The translations under genes and the position numbers were made by a program. A stretch of DNA of 58,176 nt, filler included, from Diploschistes diacapsis (lineage: Eukaryota), in the NCBI GenBank assembly GCA_023645945.1. It is 6 parts of 6 records of this genome, joined end to end, with 100 filler letters (N's around TTAATTAATTAA, not from the genome) between each part and the next. Parts side by side here need not be neighbours in the genome. Positions count along the whole stretch, not along the records: positions 48,574 to 58,176 come from JALAIB010001017.1; 5 more parts are not named here. The stretch is one strand, 5' to 3'. Of the stretch, positions 55,799 to 58,176 are shown piece after piece (position 1 is the first letter of the stretch; each line of letters begins with the position of its first letter). The notes beneath the pieces are model-generated. The model did no database searches, had not been told where the DNA came from, and saw only the letters and a program-made list of their open reading frames with translations.

Positions 55799-57966
55799 GC
55801 TGGAGGCGTGATTTAGAGCGATCTACAAAAGAGAAGATTTTGGGGACACCATGCGATGGACTTGAAAGAAATAACAAGAATTGCAGAATGAGAGAAGTCT
55901 TTTTTGATACATGTAGAGCCGATATGAAATTAGATTAACTCACCTGTTGTCAGTTACTTTTGTGTTTCGAGAGGAGCCAGCAGGCGCGAGATTGCGGTAT
56001 GTAAAAGAAACTCGAAGAGTGCAGTTGGCAGAGCCTTGACAGAGCGAAACCCCATCAAGGAGTATACTCGGTGTCACCATAGACGCAGAGTAAGGTTAGG
56101 GCTTGAAAATATGCTGAGATATGTATTAACATATCGCCGTTGACTCGTTGACATGAGAATTCTCTGATGCTTTCAGGATATGCCATTGAATAATTGAAAT
56201 AGTGCAGAGCTTTCCAATACATATAAGGGAGGATATGGCTATGTGCAACCATGCTCAATATCCAATGAACTCCCTCATGGCGGAAACACCGTCAACGATC
56301 CAGATCCAGCACGAAATGAATTTTTGACGGCCCCAGGACCAAAGAGAAGCCTAGATTGTCCTTACAACCACAAGATCCCAGCTATATATGGGCTCGTCCA
56401 TAACGGTACCTGGATCTATGTCAGAACGAAATCCAAGCTAATCAGGGCTTCAAGACCTTACTATTTCCATCATTTCCCAACACGATGCGATCAAATCTAC
56501 CCTCACTCTGGTATCCAGAGCGGGCGTATCCGCCTCGAGCTTCAAGCACAAGAAACGAAGGCACCATAAGAGCTATAAATAACCAGAGCACATTCGCTGC
56601 CAAGTACATCCCTTCGCTGGTGATGGTATCTGGATCTCTTCAAGAAACATATCCAAGTTAGGATGGAAGTTTCATGGCCCACCGTTGTCATCACCTACCG
56701 ACAAGAGGCAATGCAAACTCATCGTTACCTAAATCTCCAACGGCCACATCCGGCCCAGACGGTCAGGCACAAGAGTCACAAGGCGCCATAAGAGCTAAAG
56801 GAAACCAGAGCACTTCGTTGCCTTACAGCAACCTTCAAGCCTCATCATCCTTCTTTCCCCATCTTCCAGGTACCTCATCCGCAAACCGAGGCACCTTCCA
56901 GAGCACAACCACGACCACAATAACAACTCAGGATCGCAGCAGCCCCATAGCCATATCTCAAACTCAACTCACGCTCCAAAACACCCATCAAAAGCACATA
57001 CACAAGCCCATGAAGTCCAACATTCCAGTAGCAAGAATCGCGGACAGCATATTCTACACCACCACATTCCCCTCCGTTGCCAGCGTCAAGAACAGCCACA
57101 CCTCCCGCGCACCAGCGCCGGTGGGCATTTGGCGCATGAAATGCGTGCAAAGCAGCCGAGATTCGGTGAGGGGCCACGCAGACACCTCTCCCTGGACAGG
57201 CAGAGAGACAGACGCAAACTTGAATAACTCGTAGTCAGGCAAAAGGAAAGAAGAAGGTTGCAAAGCCCGCTTTCCCGGGGAATACGTTTATCCGCCACTT
57301 ATCCCCGTCTCTTGCCCTCCCCCCTTTTTGACGTCAACTAGACTCGACCCTTAACACCGACCCTAGCCCCATGCCCATGTCATGCCCATACATTTATTCA
57401 AAAGAAAAACACGCAGATACCTCCGGCGTACCCTGCTTCCCTGTATCTTCTAGCAGAGCACCCCGTTGCTTTCAGCTATCGTGGGACTCGGGTACCAGCT
57501 GCAACGCAGCACAACTACGACGGAAGCCGGGGCGCCCCCGCCCCCTGAGAAAAACGAAACAGCGCGAAGCGGGCTCAAGCGGGGACCCTGGACAGCGGGG
57601 CAAAGCCAGGGGACGAAACCGGCCGTGGCATGCAAAATTGACTGGTTTGCATGGGGGCATTGGAGGAAGCATATTTGTTGACGGTACTGCGGAGGGCGTC
57701 TGATATATTGACTATTCCCGCTGTTGTGGGATGAGAGTGCCTAGGTAAAAGCCCAACCGCGCAATCGCCCAACGCAGCAAAAACCAATCCGCCAGCCTCT
57801 GTACCTCCGAGAAAGAAGAGCAAGAAGAGAGGAGGAAGAATAAGAAGAAGTGGATGAAGAACAAGGAACATAAAGCGTCGACGTTCGTAGCGTAAGGCCA
57901 TGCTATGCTATGCCACGCCATACCATTCACTCGTCCACAACCCCTTGCCCTTCCTCTCGAACCCTT

Positions 57967-58176
57967 CTACACCCCCATCGTAAAATCATGTTCAATCCCT
58001 GGCGTCACGCTCGCCATAAACTTCAAGAAAACAACCACATACTGATCGACCCTGATCGCCGGCTCATCCTCCTCGCCATGTTCATGTTCATGTTCATGGC
58101 CCAGCACCTCCCACTCGTCTCCTCCCCCTCCCATTCCGCCACCCTCACTCCCGCTCTCCTTTCCCCTGCCTTCCCC
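57967..58176 (-). CDS. ATG3: Autophagy E2-like enzyme Atg3, C-terminal fragment
   Basis: Minus-strand frame ends ...DEWEVL...[30 protein letters not shown] (TAG 57969-57967), the characteristic fungal Atg3 C-terminus; not in the ORF track. Confidence 0.93.
   Translation of the reverse strand, partial: GEGRGKESGSEGGGMGGGGDEWEVLGHEHEHEHGEEDEPAIRVDQYVVVFLKFMASVTPGIEHDFTMGV

Noticed and set aside
56674..57263. Possible decayed membrane-protein gene (minus) or 186-aa ORF (plus)
   Set aside because: The minus frame has many stops and no family motif; the plus ORF looks like an antisense shadow. Not supportable without a search.

Overview
Intron-containing filamentous ascomycete (Pezizomycotina-type) genomic DNA. 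The window is not one locus. It is six contigs (1-9622, 9723-19343, 19444-29055, 29156-38765, 38866-48473, 48574-58176; lengths 9622, 9621, 9612, 9610, 9608, 9603) joined by an artificial N44-TTAATTAATTAA-N44 spacer and sorted by length, so gene neighbourhoods are meaningful only within a contig. Contig 1: MFS transporter, a hidden 4-exon Cys-rich secreted peptide, a Pth11-like membrane protein, a mitochondrial thioredoxin-like protein, a frameshifted coiled-coil microgene and an epoxide hydrolase. Contig 2: two decayed F-box-like genes and a sulfotransferase-family P-loop protein. Contig 3: dense housekeeping block (STE14, L-type lectin, TIM13, MAPEG GST, PFS2, DGAT1-type MBOAT, NSRP1-like). 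Contig 4: a 66-aa putatively lipidated peptide gene and three tandem F-box-like paralogs (one intact, two pseudogenes). Contig 5: a RIP-mutated edge followed by an IFI27/ISG12-like membrane protein, a SesB-like hydrolase-NB-ARC-TPR NLR and a PD-(D/E)xK-like protein, together a candidate non-self/cell-death island. Contig 6: a ~1760-aa modular secreted protein with three 8-Cys repeats and a Kex2-releasable C-terminal domain (polymorphic-toxin-like layout), plus the 3' end of ATG3. Exon boundaries were read by eye and family calls come from motif recognition, not database searches.
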